Shown here piece by piece: positions 1-9,153 of a DNA stretch of 64,000 bases; position 1 is the stretch's first letter; each line of letters begins with the position of its first letter. Source of the DNA: Nitrospirales bacterium (lineage in GTDB: Bacteria; Nitrospirota; Nitrospiria; Nitrospirales; UBA8639); assembly GCA_965203295.1 (NCBI GenBank), contig CBDBCZ010000019.1, forward strand, positions 544,001 to 608,000, in the 5' to 3' direction. The notes beneath the pieces are model-generated. The model was not told the DNA's origin, searched no databases, and saw only the letters and a program-made list of their open reading frames with translations. The position numbers and the translations under genes are program-made.

Positions 1-712
1 AACCTTCGCCATAGTCGACATCGAACGCACTGCCTGCAATAGTGTGATAACGGTTTCCGAGTGATGCGGCATCAGCATTTTCTCGTGCGACGGTTAACAC
101 GGTGGCCCAATCAACCGCAATAATTGTCGCCTCAGGAAATACTTGAGCGATCTCCACTCCAAAGACGCCATGTCCAGCAGCAATGTCTAAGACCTTTTGA
201 ACGGGCCGACCTTGTGCTTGCAAATGATTGCTGATCCATTTCGCTGGTCCGATCATCATCGGGACCATGGCCCGCGCAAAATTGACCCATTCAGGATGTT
301 CCTCTTCAGTCGTGCCCTTGTCGTTTAGGGCGGTTCCACCTTTTCGGACAGCATCGGTAAGGTTCCGAAAACCATCATAAAGGGGAGGAGAGAGCATAAA
401 TGCTAACGTACCCCCTAGATAGACTGGAGAACCTTCCACCAAAAATGTCGCGGAGTCGGTGGTGAGATGGTAATGGTTTTTCTCTTTGATGAGAAATCTC
501 AACATGGTTAATCTATCAGCTAACATTTGAATCCCTCGGACGGAGGCTTCGCAGCGTTTGGCAAGAGTATCCACGGAATGATTGCCCTCTTGAATAGCGG
601 TAAACAGCTGCAAGTCAACTCCGGCTTTGAGAATAGCCGTGCGTTGGTGGGCATTGATGGTTTCGAAGATGAGTTGAGGGGATGAAATTGAAGAATCAAC
701 AGGTTGTGTCAT
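1..712 (-). CDS. SAM-dependent O-methyltransferase (family 2, N-terminal dimerisation domain), runs off the window edge
   Basis: Not in ORF track. Manual translation from ATG at 712: MTQPVDSSISSPQLIFETINAHQRTAILKAGVDLQLF...KVLDIAAGHGVFG (SAM motif I)...IAGSAFDVDYGEG; open to position 1. Confidence 0.85.
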   Translation of the reverse strand, partial: MTQPVDSSISSPQLIFETINAHQRTAILKAGVDLQLFTAIQEGNHSVDTLAKRCEASVRGIQMLADRLTMLRFLIKEKNHYHLTTDSATFLVEGSPVYLGGTLAFMLSPPLYDGFRNLTDAVRKGGTALNDKGTTEEEHPEWVNFARAMVPMMIGPAKWISNHLQAQGRPVQKVLDIAAGHGVFGVEIAQVFPEATIIAVDWATVLTVARENADAASLGNRYHTIAGSAFDVDYGEG

Positions 713-747
713 CGTTGTACCTTACTCCTGATTAAGATCATTCAAGA

Positions 748-1315
748 TTAATAGACACGAAACACTTGACCATTTAAACGCCCCTCGACACTCTTGCTAT
801 AAGCTAATGCGACCTTCGATGCGGGGACAGGAACGTGGCCTCGGAAAAATGCTCCAATCTTTTCCATGGATTCCTCGAGAACTTCAGGACTGATAGACGC
901 GTCAAGAGCAAATCCTTCTACTGCTGCGTTGATCGGTGTGACCGCAGCTCCAGCAAAGATGGGATCGTGACTCAGCACACCGCTGAGTTAGCGTAAATGA
1001 GCCTCCATCATTCACAAAGTCCAAGCCTAAGAGCACAAGATTCACTTGACCCATAAGTTTACTTCGAATCCCACTCTCAAACTCTTTTTCGGTCAATGTT
1101 TCCAATGGCCCAAAATGCGCATTTCCAGTCGTGGAAATCACCGCATCCACTTTCCCAATGGTTTTGTACATCGTCTGGATGGAGTTGGTTGAGGTAATAT
1201 CAACGGTCACATCTCCATCCCGGTAACCGACTTTAACAATCTCATGACGGGCACCTAATTCCTCAACAACAGCACGGCCAATCGTGCCCGTTGCGCCAAC
1301 GACAATGATTTTCAT
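748..1315 (-). pseudogene. Short-chain dehydrogenase, frameshifted
   Basis: MKIIVVGATGTIG Rossmann start; ORFs 902-1315 and 748-978 join as GGSFTLT/SGVLSHDPI if one extra base near 985 is removed. Confidence 0.8.
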
Positions 1316-1445
1316 GAAGTCCTCTCAAAATGTTCCTCAAAACTGACGGATGTAATACGGATCGTACCGTGCGAGCTGGTACCTTCCTCAAATGTGGTTG
1401 CCCATCTATCTGTCATGTCTCTGTCTACAGGCCAAGCAACGGGAT

Positions 1446-1892
1446 CTAAGTCAATCGATTAGCAATTTCTCGGTCTAATGACCAGCGACCAGCACCGGTG
1501 ACCATCAAAGTGAGGTACATCCCGATCACGAGTAGATGGTATTCGTATCCCTCTCCGGCTTGTTGATCGAACCAGTTCATGAAGAACCCATGGGGCAGGT
1601 GAACCATCATAACGGCACCGCCCATGATGATTATCAGGCTTGCAGCCGTAAAACGAGTAAGTAGCTCGACGAGGAGGCCAAGACTTCCAAAGAATTCGCC
1701 GATAATGACGAGAAAGGCCACAATCGCCGGAAACCCCATTTGATCTCTAAAAAATCCCATGGTCCCAGAAAATCCATTTCCCCCGTACCAACCCAGAAAC
1801 TTTTGGGCTCCATGGGGAAACATCACGACACCTAGCATGATGCGAAGGATAAAACCAGGCATGTCACCAGTGGTTTGAAATAGGGCTTTCAT
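1446..1892 (-). CDS. DoxX family membrane protein
   Basis: LRIMLGVVMFPHGAQKFLGW, GEFFG, GYEYHLL, GAGRWSLD motifs. Confidence 0.85.
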   Translation of the reverse strand: MKALFQTTGDMPGFILRIMLGVVMFPHGAQKFLGWYGGNGFSGTMGFFRDQMGFPAIVAFLVIIGEFFGSLGLLVELLTRFTAASLIIIMGGAVMMVHLPHGFFMNWFDQQAGEGYEYHLLVIGMYLTLMVTGAGRWSLDREIANRLT

Positions 1893-1996
1893 GGATTGCC
1901 TCCCTTACTCTCACCCATACGTGTACAACACTTCCTCTGGAGTGGCATTGGCACTTCAAGTCTGATTATTCATGAGAACGTCGGTTCAAGCTCAGG

Positions 1997-2524
1997 TTAC
2001 TTGTGTCGTTGTGACTTCGTGCCTTCTTCAGAAAGCCCAGCAAAGTGTTGTTTGAGCCGAGAATGTGACGGGCTGTCATGATTTCGAAAACTGTCTCGAA
2101 TGTTGTGTAACAGCCTAATCATGGTACTGATATCCTGTTTAGACAACGCCCGTTGAAAAAAAGGGCGTATATGACGAGACTGGGCAGGAAACGCTTTGCG
2201 ATACAAAGATTCTCCACGGGGAGTCAGCCGTATCGTTATGGCGCGTCGATCTCCTGGAACAGGGTGCCGAATCACAAGCCCCTTGCTCTCCATTCGATCG
2301 ATAATGCCCGTCAGGCTGGCCTTGGCAAGCAACGTCGAAGTCGACAATTCCGCGGCAGTTAACCCCTCTGTTCCTCCTAATTCAGCCAATACATCAAATT
2401 GGGATGGGGTCAACCCCATAGACCTGATTTGCTTGTCGCCAACCTCAAAAATGGCTTGGTAGGCCTCAACCAAGGGGCGAAGGATTCTAAGATAGGGGTC
2501 ATCTTTGAAGTCCCAGGGTCCCAT
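1997..2524 (-). CDS. MarR family transcriptional regulator
   Basis: GLTPSQFDVL...LTGIIDRMESKGLV...DRRAITIRLTPRG winged helix. Confidence 0.9.
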   Translation of the reverse strand: MGPWDFKDDPYLRILRPLVEAYQAIFEVGDKQIRSMGLTPSQFDVLAELGGTEGLTAAELSTSTLLAKASLTGIIDRMESKGLVIRHPVPGDRRAITIRLTPRGESLYRKAFPAQSRHIRPFFQRALSKQDISTMIRLLHNIRDSFRNHDSPSHSRLKQHFAGLSEEGTKSQRHK

Positions 2525-2538
2525 TTATTAAAAGATAT

Positions 2539-2564
2539 ATAGTATATGTTTAAACTATTGTCAA
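2539..2564 (-). promoter_or_regulatory. sigma70-type promoter with overlapping palindromic operator (probable MarR autoregulation)
   Basis: Minus strand TTGACA-17 nt-TATATA just upstream of marR ATG; inverted repeat ATAGTTTA-AACA-TATACTAT (7/8) in the spacer. Confidence 0.55.
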
Positions 2565-2614
2565 CCCTAGTTCAGCTTCCATGCCAGTTCTCATGAGAAA
2601 GAGATCATAACTTC

Positions 2615-3034
2615 TCATTCAGGAGAACGTGAAAAGCTGAATCCAGTTGTTTGGACTTCGCGATAAGGAAGTAACCAAACCAATGATTCGTCGTGAAGGT
2701 CACCAACCTGAATGCGGTTGCCCCAAGGATCCCGAAAATCACAACGAAATCCAGGCTCTAACTGGAGTCCGTATTCCTTTGTTACTTTTTCACGTACTTC
2801 GCTGATTTGTATTTCATCTCGCACCATGAACCCAAAGTGTTTCATCCGATCAGGGCGCAGCTCTTTGACTTCGAAAATTGCTAAAAATTGATGTTCGCCT
2901 AATTTACACCAAGCAGCACCTTCTCCCCCTCTCAGCATTTCAAGGTTGAAGACATCGGAATAAAACTCGACGGCCTTTTGGGCATCGTCAACTTCAATGA
3001 CCACATGGTTGACGCCGTATACTTGGACTGCCAT
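2615..3034 (-). CDS. VOC/glyoxalase family protein
   Basis: VNHVVIEVDD...FYSDVF...HFGF...FRDPWGNRIQV. Confidence 0.85.
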   Translation of the reverse strand: MAVQVYGVNHVVIEVDDAQKAVEFYSDVFNLEMLRGGEGAAWCKLGEHQFLAIFEVKELRPDRMKHFGFMVRDEIQISEVREKVTKEYGLQLEPGFRCDFRDPWGNRIQVGDLHDESLVWLLPYREVQTTGFSFSRSPE

Positions 3035-3076
3035 ATCGGTTTCTCCTTAACAATTGGCTCACAACTATTAACAGCG

Positions 3077-3937
3077 TTACCCTTTTGCCCATTCAGCTTT
3101 GGCTATCAGTTCCGGAAAAGTTGTGAGTGGGATCCCATATTGTTCTCGAAGCGCTGATATATCAGCTGAGTATCCTTCTTCATTGAACCATCGAAACATC
3201 GCCGCCATGTCATGCTCCATGGTAGCTTCCGCTTGATCATCGGGCATCTGTTCGAAGGTAACTGTCCGGTTCATCGTCCTTGAAAGATTGGCAGTTACTT
3301 CGGGCATCGTGAGTTCATCTCCGGCCAATTCGATGCTGTGACCGATAAATGCATCGGGATGTAACAAGGCGGCGGCTCCAAATTCGCCAATATCCTTGAC
3401 GGCCACCATTTGGAGTTTCGTTTCAGGTCGCATCGGGAGGATGAGAGTTCCTTGAAGAATTCCTTCTCGAAAAAAGGTTCCAAAATTGTCCATAAAAAAG
3501 GTGGGACGCAAAATCGTTGCGCGCAGACCAAGCTATTGAATGTATTGTTCCACTTTCCATTTTGTCTCAAAGTGGGGGATTCCACTGTTTCGTTTGGCGC
3601 CGCCTACAGAGGTAAACACATAGTGACCGATGTTGGCCTGTTTTGCGGCATCAGCCAGCGTCTTCCCCTGATGGACTTCAGCTTCCATGCCTGATTCAAG
3701 GGGAGTCGTCATGGCAAATATTCCATCAACACCGGTCAGGGCCTTCGCAAGAGCTGATCGATCGGTCACGTCTCCCACAAACACCTCGGCTCCTTGCTAT
3801 TTCAGGCACTCCGCCTTTTCGGCATTCCGAGTTAATATTCGAACCTGTTGACCTTGTTGCAATAAACTGCGAGCAACCCCTCCTACTTGCTGACCAGTGG
3901 CTCCTACGACGAAGAACTTCTTCAATTGAGTGGCCAT
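3077..3937 (-). pseudogene. NmrA/HSCARG family NAD(P)-binding protein with two in-frame amber stops
   Basis: One frame from ATG 3937 (MATQLKKFFVVGATGQQ) to 3077; TAG at 3797-3799 and 3533-3535; [33 protein letters not shown] is contiguous NmrA sequence. Confidence 0.85.
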
Positions 3938-4002
3938 GCCCTTTCTCCTTTGTTCAACGGTGAATCAATCCTGAATGAGTTTCTCAGTTTGAAAATCTGT
4001 TC

Positions 4003-4893
4003 TTAATGGATTCGACCTATCTGTCCGTTCTGGTAATCTCTGAATGCTTGCTGAAGTTCCTCTTGGGTATTCATCACAAACGGTCCGTAGCGCGCGACAG
4101 GCTCTCCGATGGGGACACCAGCTAATAACAGGAATCGTGCTTCCAATCTCTGGCTCGAAGGTACTTTGACTTGAACAAAGGAGCCTTTACCGAGGACGGC
4201 AAGTTGGCCTTCTTCGACCTGTTGCAAGCCTGAGCCCATCAATACACTTCCTGAGAAAACATAGATGCCTCCATTGTGATCAGGGTTTATCTCAAGGGCT
4301 ATATCGGCACCAGGTTTTAGGGTCCAGTCTTGACACATGATTGGGGTGTGCGTGTCGATGACTGACTTCGCTCCCAAGGCTTCGCCGGCGATAACCTTCA
4401 CATGAATCAGCCCATCAGGACTCGTCACCATTGGAATCCTCTTTTGAGGGATTTCTTGGTAGCGCGGAGGTGACATCTTCAATCGCGCCGGAAGATTGAC
4501 CCAAATTTGGAACCCATGCACGGGGCCTCCTTCCTCCATCAGTCGACGAGACGGCATTTCAGAGTGCACCACTCCAGCTCCAGCCGTCATCCACTGAACG
4601 TCTCCTGGCATCAAGATGCCCTGATGCCCAGAGGAGTCTTTGTGTTCGCCTTCACCTTGAAGGAGGTAGGTGACGGTCTCAAATCCACGGTGCGGGTGAT
4701 CTGGCGCCCCGATGGCCTTACCGGGTGCATACGTCACTGGCCCGAACTCATCAATGAGCAGGAACGGATCCAGAAGTTCAAGTTGATGGTTTGGTAATGG
4801 CCGCCGAACCAGAAACCCACCGCCCTCTTTTTGTTGGTGGGCATTCACCACATGTTCAATTTGGCGTTGCATAGGCTGCTCCTTTTGTTCCAT
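4003..4893 (-). CDS. Pirin family protein
   Basis: DPFLLIDEFG, PDHPHRGFETVTY, QWMTAGAGVVHSE, GPFVMNT. Confidence 0.95.
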   Translation of the reverse strand: MEQKEQPMQRQIEHVVNAHQQKEGGGFLVRRPLPNHQLELLDPFLLIDEFGPVTYAPGKAIGAPDHPHRGFETVTYLLQGEGEHKDSSGHQGILMPGDVQWMTAGAGVVHSEMPSRRLMEEGGPVHGFQIWVNLPARLKMSPPRYQEIPQKRIPMVTSPDGLIHVKVIAGEALGAKSVIDTHTPIMCQDWTLKPGADIALEINPDHNGGIYVFSGSVLMGSGLQQVEEGQLAVLGKGSFVQVKVPSSQRLEARFLLLAGVPIGEPVARYGPFVMNTQEELQQAFRDYQNGQIGRIH

Positions 4894-4975
4894 CGCGTCT
4901 TCCTTGGTATTTGCCTATCGGTTTCTATTTATTTGCCGACAGGGTGCTCATGAAAAACATTCTATTCCCACAAAG

Positions 4976-5377
4976 TTAAACCGCCCTGCCAGATGTGTGG
5001 GAAGATGTCATCCGAATCCTATACCCATCAGGTCCAATGAGATAAAAGTTGCTGTGAATCCTTCCTGTTTCAATTTCGGAAGGCGTCATTCCTAACTCCA
5101 AACATCTTTGTCGAGTGCTAGAAAGATCATCAACCATCAAATCAAACGGTGGTGTTTGACCGGACGAAATCGCTGCTCCATCTTCTGGGGTCTCTAATAC
5201 GAGGTGAGTCCCACCTCGGAGTTCCAACACCGCAAAATCGTTATCTTGATGGATATGCCTCATCCCCAATTTGAGAAAATAATCCACAGCGCGACCGACA
5301 TTCGTCACCACCAAGTCCACATGACCAACTGCAACCGATGGCCTAGATTCCAAACTATTGTCTATCGTCGTTTTCAC
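4976..5377 (-). CDS. VOC/glyoxalase family protein
   Basis: VGHVDLVVTNV...FDLMVDDL...GPDGYRI. Confidence 0.75.
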   Translation of the reverse strand: MKTTIDNSLESRPSVAVGHVDLVVTNVGRAVDYFLKLGMRHIHQDNDFAVLELRGGTHLVLETPEDGAAISSGQTPPFDLMVDDLSSTRQRCLELGMTPSEIETGRIHSNFYLIGPDGYRIRMTSSHTSGRAV

Positions 5378-5523
5378 GGCTCTTTCCTCCTTCTGACCAA
5401 TTCACAAAGACACGTGACCTGTCCCTTGACCCTCTGTGGCCCAAAGAGCCGGGTTTCATGGTGAGGGTCTTCTTCGGATCGATTTGGGATCAGAATATTT
5501 AATTCATATTTATATAGTACTAA

Positions 5524-6360
5524 TTATAACAATATCAACCCTATAATCTTTTTATCGAGATCTCCGCCTGTCACAACCAGTGCATCTTTGTGCGCACTAT
5601 CCTTAAACTCTTCGGGAAGTCTTTCGACAAACAGATGAAAAGGGCGAATTAGTTTCTCGGAAGTCAGTGATTGAGTGGAACCAAGGGAGGTGTGAGAAAT
5701 AAGACGACGAGGAGCCTTCATGTTGTCCATCAGGTATTTCCAAAGGCTGGAGGGATTCTCATCAAAAACGATACTTGAATTGGCCGGATATGTCATCCAA
5801 AAACCTCTTTCAACCTCACTCCGAAGTTGTCCAGGGAACCAACTGGCATGCCCCGCATAAATTCGAAACCGCTTTTGTCCGTTTGGCGTCGCCATCATCT
5901 GTTGGATAACCTTCAGGTTTCCTCCAAAATACAATCCTTCCATAACCTGACGGGTATTAGAAAATTCTCTATCTGCCTCCAAAAGCATGAGGATTCCTCT
6001 CAGACGAACCGGTCCTCCGGCATACACGACTGGTGGTGCCTCTTCTGAGGCAGGGATTTTGGGCAGCACCTTGGATACGAGAATATCAGAGGGACGATTC
6101 AAAATGAGCCCAATGGTTTTTGTCGCATCATGTTGGCATATCAACACAACCGTTTGTCGAAAATTTGGGTCCTGAAGGCGAGGATGGGCAATCAAAAGAG
6201 TGCCAGGGGCAATGTTGGGGGTGACTTGAGCTGGCAACGGTGAGATACAAGAACCGAATACCCCGATCCCCAAAAGGAACGCTACGATAAGGTATCGATG
6301 TCTGAACCATGGGGAAGAGAAGTGATGAATGCTCATCAATGCTTTGATATGACTCCACAC
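5524..6360 (-). CDS. YqgE/AlgH (DUF179) family protein with N-terminal hydrophobic segment
   Basis: LLIAHPRLQDPNFRQTVVLIC, GLILNRP, GGPV, GHASWFPGQLRSEV; start uncertain. Confidence 0.85.
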   Translation of the reverse strand: MWSHIKALMSIHHFSSPWFRHRYLIVAFLLGIGVFGSCISPLPAQVTPNIAPGTLLIAHPRLQDPNFRQTVVLICQHDATKTIGLILNRPSDILVSKVLPKIPASEEAPPVVYAGGPVRLRGILMLLEADREFSNTRQVMEGLYFGGNLKVIQQMMATPNGQKRFRIYAGHASWFPGQLRSEVERGFWMTYPANSSIVFDENPSSLWKYLMDNMKAPRRLISHTSLGSTQSLTSEKLIRPFHLFVERLPEEFKDSAHKDALVVTGGDLDKKIIGLILL

Positions 6361-6723
6361 TTTCTGAGTACAGTGATCGTCACGATGATGGCTGGAATGT
6401 GCTCATCTAACATGCGAGGTCACGTGAATGATCATTGACGGATAGGTACCCTACAACATGGTGGTGTCCCTCACACGATGGAAGCGGCGGATGATGTCAT
6501 GATGTGATCGAACACCTCATGCTAAACCCCACTGCCTCGGTTGTAAAGTTTTAATGGGGACCGAGTTTATTCCTTTTGCAGGGCTCTACGGCCTTTCGCA
6601 CTTTAGACGAGTCCCACAATTCATACACTGCTAGAGCCTTTCAGTTTCTGAATCGTGTCATTTCTCTCTTTTCATGAATGGATGAGAGGTTTATAAGGCT
6701 GACGCAAGCCGCACTTCCTTTGG

Positions 6724-6752
6724 TTGATCCCCCATGGGCCCTTTGGTAGACT
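6724..6752 (+). promoter_or_regulatory. Probable sigma70 promoter of tRNA-Val
   Basis: TTGATC-17 nt-TAGACT with extended TG, 9 nt before the tRNA. Confidence 0.5.
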
Positions 6753-6761
6753 GTCTCCTGT

Positions 6762-6836
6762 GGGCGATTAGCTCAGTGGGAGAGCGCTTCCCTCACACGG
6801 AAGAGGCCACTGGTTCGATACCAGTATCGCCCACCA
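6762..6836 (+). tRNA. tRNA-Val (anticodon CAC)
   Basis: GGGCGAT acceptor stem pairs with ATCGCCC-A-CCA; anticodon arm CTTCC-CT-CAC-AC-GGAAG; T-loop GGTTCGATACC. Confidence 0.97.
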
Positions 6837-6934
6837 TCCATTTACCCCATTTCGGTAATCTCTCTACCTTCGTTTTTCTTTTGATAAATCCCCTCTCTAA
6901 GGAAGAAACCTGCCATTGGAGTTTTTTAGGCAGA

Positions 6935-8086
6935 ATGCATTCTCAGAAGGTGACAATACTGCTCATCAACTGTGCCTTATGGACATTGTTTTTCTTTGTC
7001 CTCTCATGTACCTCTAACCCTTCTCCCTCTCCCTTGCCACCTTCCAAGAGTGATTTGGAGTTGTTGGAAACCAAGTCCTTGTGTGAGCCAAAGGCGGTAA
7101 CCCTTACCGGTTGGAAAGGGACCACGTTCAAAAGAATTTCATGGGGTACCGGTGAACAATTATTCAGATCTGCTTTTAGTGGTCAACCCAATCATGACCG
7201 GTTTCTATTTTTTAATGAAGAGAACATTCTGGTGGGAGCGGCATTTGATTTTGGAGAGGGATTGAGTCTGGAGCCATATCCTGATCTTCGGGACACGCTT
7301 TCAAAGTTACCTCCTGCCTTGGAATATTATTTAGATACTTCTTCTATATTGCAGGGAGGAAAACCGGAGACGGCCGTGTTATACCGGACCGGGGATGAAA
7401 CCAGCACGATTCGGTATACCGTGTCAAAGAGAGACGATGATCCTATCTTACTCGTCGCTTCTATAGCCATTGATCCCTATGAGCCTTTGTTCTCGAAGAT
7501 GGAAAGGCCTCTTCTCAAGGAACGACTCTGGTTACAGGGAATACCTTCGCCTGCTCAATCAGGAAAACATTCTGATGATGCCAGGGAGTTTTTAGCTCAT
7601 CAGCAATTTGCACGGGGACAAGCGGCTTGGTTTAAGTCTTGCGGGAAACGTCACACGTCGACGGCCATCGATGCCTATAGGAAAGCGATAGCCCATAATC
7701 TTGCCGATAAACAACGTCTCTCAGAAGCCCATCATATTTTGGGTTTAGCTCTTAAAGAAAAAGGACAGTTAGAAGAAGCGCAAACACATATTGAAGAGGC
7801 CTTGGTTGTTCGACCGAACGTTCCAACCGTGGTCAATAGTTTAGGAACGGTCTTAGCTGAACGAAGGAAAAAAGCCGAAGCGATAGCAAAATTTGAGCAG
7901 GCCATCGTCCTCAAACCAAACTATGCGAGAGCTCGGTTTAATTTGGCAGAAGCCCTAGAAGACGTAAATCCTCGTCGCGCTATTGAGGAATATGAAACAT
8001 ATTTGGTTCTTGCTGAAGGAGTGTATGAAGAGCAAGCTCGTTCCGCGTTAGCTCGTAATCGGGTCGAACGTCTGAAAGGCAAATGA
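6935..8086 (+). CDS. TPR-repeat lipoprotein
   Basis: Start reassigned to ATG 6935 (track start overlaps the tRNA); hydrophobic stretch ending VLSC lipobox; C-terminal TPRs (AHHILGLAL, VVNSLGTVL, ARFNLAEAL). Confidence 0.75.
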   Translation: MHSQKVTILLINCALWTLFFFVLSCTSNPSPSPLPPSKSDLELLETKSLCEPKAVTLTGWKGTTFKRISWGTGEQLFRSAFSGQPNHDRFLFFNEENILVGAAFDFGEGLSLEPYPDLRDTLSKLPPALEYYLDTSSILQGGKPETAVLYRTGDETSTIRYTVSKRDDDPILLVASIAIDPYEPLFSKMERPLLKERLWLQGIPSPAQSGKHSDDAREFLAHQQFARGQAAWFKSCGKRHTSTAIDAYRKAIAHNLADKQRLSEAHHILGLALKEKGQLEEAQTHIEEALVVRPNVPTVVNSLGTVLAERRKKAEAIAKFEQAIVLKPNYARARFNLAEALEDVNPRRAIEEYETYLVLAEGVYEEQARSALARNRVERLKGK

Positions 8087-8130
8087 CTAGCGCAGCTTTC
8101 ACCTCATCCCAAGAATTCACACCTGTTTCG

Positions 8131-8164
8131 ATTGAATCCAAATATCCATTGAATCCAAATATCC
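8131..8164. repeat. Exact 17-bp tandem duplication
   Basis: ATTGAATCCAAATATCC x2, intergenic. Confidence 0.9.
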
Positions 8165-8289
8165 ATGTTGACATTTCCATAATTTTGATTGTTGCCTGCG
8201 ACCTCTGTGGGAATTCGCCTGGTATGTCAAGCTGATGCGTGCTCAATCAACATTGTGAAGTCAACTCTGCATGGTGTCTTGGTATCTCT

Positions 8290-8964
8290 ATGAGAAAGAA
8301 CAAAAGCCCTAAGTTTTATGCTGTCCGCGTAGGGAGAACCCCTGGAATTTATACGGTCTGGGAGACTTGCTGGGACCAAGTGAGGGGCTATCCAGGTGCC
8401 CAGTACAAAGCCTTTCCTACACAAGAATTAGCAGAGGCCTATGTACAAGATGGTGCCTCTTCTTCCCTCGTTCAGTCCATGGATTTTTCACCAGAGAATG
8501 ATAGTGACGCCGCTAACCCATCTGTCGCAATTTGGGTTGATGGTGCCTGTATTCAACACGAAGATGGATCCATGAAATTCGGATGGGCATTTGTTGTTGT
8601 TGAAGAAGATGATGAGCGTGCAAGAGGCAGCGGAAATGATATTCCTCAAGAAGCTCGCAAGCATAGAAACGTGGCTGGGGAAATTTGTGCTGTACTACAA
8701 GCTCTTTCCTGGTGCAAGGCTCATGGTATTAGGGCGGCGACCATTTATTACGATTATCAGGGCTTAGCGAGTTGGGTTGATGGGTCGTGGAAAACGAACA
8801 CTCCTTGGACTCGCCAGTACGCACAAGCCGTATGGGACTCCGGATTGACTCTGAAATGGAAAAAAGTTCGAGCGCATTCCGGAGAACCTTACAACGAATT
8901 GGCTGATCAACTTGCCAAAAAGGCGGCTCAAGGCGAGGGGGTTAACGGGGGGATGGGCTCTTGA
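8290..8964 (+). CDS. rnhA: Ribonuclease HI with N-terminal hybrid-binding (viroplasmin-like) domain
   Basis: KFYAVRVGRTPGIYTVWETC...YKAF hybrid-binding domain; WVDGA, RNVAGE, YYDYQG, KVRAHSGEPYNELADQLAK; ATG 8290 preferred. Confidence 0.9.
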   Translation: MRKNKSPKFYAVRVGRTPGIYTVWETCWDQVRGYPGAQYKAFPTQELAEAYVQDGASSSLVQSMDFSPENDSDAANPSVAIWVDGACIQHEDGSMKFGWAFVVVEEDDERARGSGNDIPQEARKHRNVAGEICAVLQALSWCKAHGIRAATIYYDYQGLASWVDGSWKTNTPWTRQYAQAVWDSGLTLKWKKVRAHSGEPYNELADQLAKKAAQGEGVNGGMGS

Positions 8965-8990
8965 GGCAAATGAATCGGTTCCTTTTCCTG

Positions 8991-9146
8991 TTCCGCCTTG
9001 CGCGTGGCTGAGTCACAGCGCTGAATCGACTGATCGGCGAGGACTGTCTGAGCGGAGCGAGTTCCGCAGGGCCGCGGGCTGGCGGGAATGGTTTTGGGTC
9101 CTTTTGCCGAAACAAAAGGACCTCGACTGCCGGGGCGAAACCCGGC
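8991..9146 (-). repeat. Structured intergenic repeat family 1, copy A
   Basis: Reverse complement carries GCCGGGTTTCGCCCCGGC, GGTCCTTTTG-TTTCGG-CAAAAGGACC and AACTCGCTCCGCTCAGACAG, shared with copies at 24.7, 25.7 and 49.3 kb. Confidence 0.9.
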
Positions 9147-9153
9147 TACCAAA

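Noticed and set aside
3077..3937. Amber (TAG) recoding suggested by two in-frame TAGs in NmrA and one in gnd
   Set aside because: TAG is the normal stop of intact genes here (DoxX, sppA, selO); the gnd TAG replaces Trp and co-occurs with a frameshift; other genes are broken by TAA, TGA and indels.
5524..5700. Extra C-terminal domain on the YqgE/AlgH protein
   Set aside because: No recognisable motif; may be read-through after loss of a stop; cannot be decided without orthologues.
6762..6836. tRNA-Val as an island integration site
   Set aside because: I found no duplicated tRNA 3' end and no integrase nearby.
6734..6934. N-terminal extension of the TPR ORF as given in the ORF track
   Set aside because: It overlaps tRNA-Val; ATG 6935 gives a proper lipoprotein signal.
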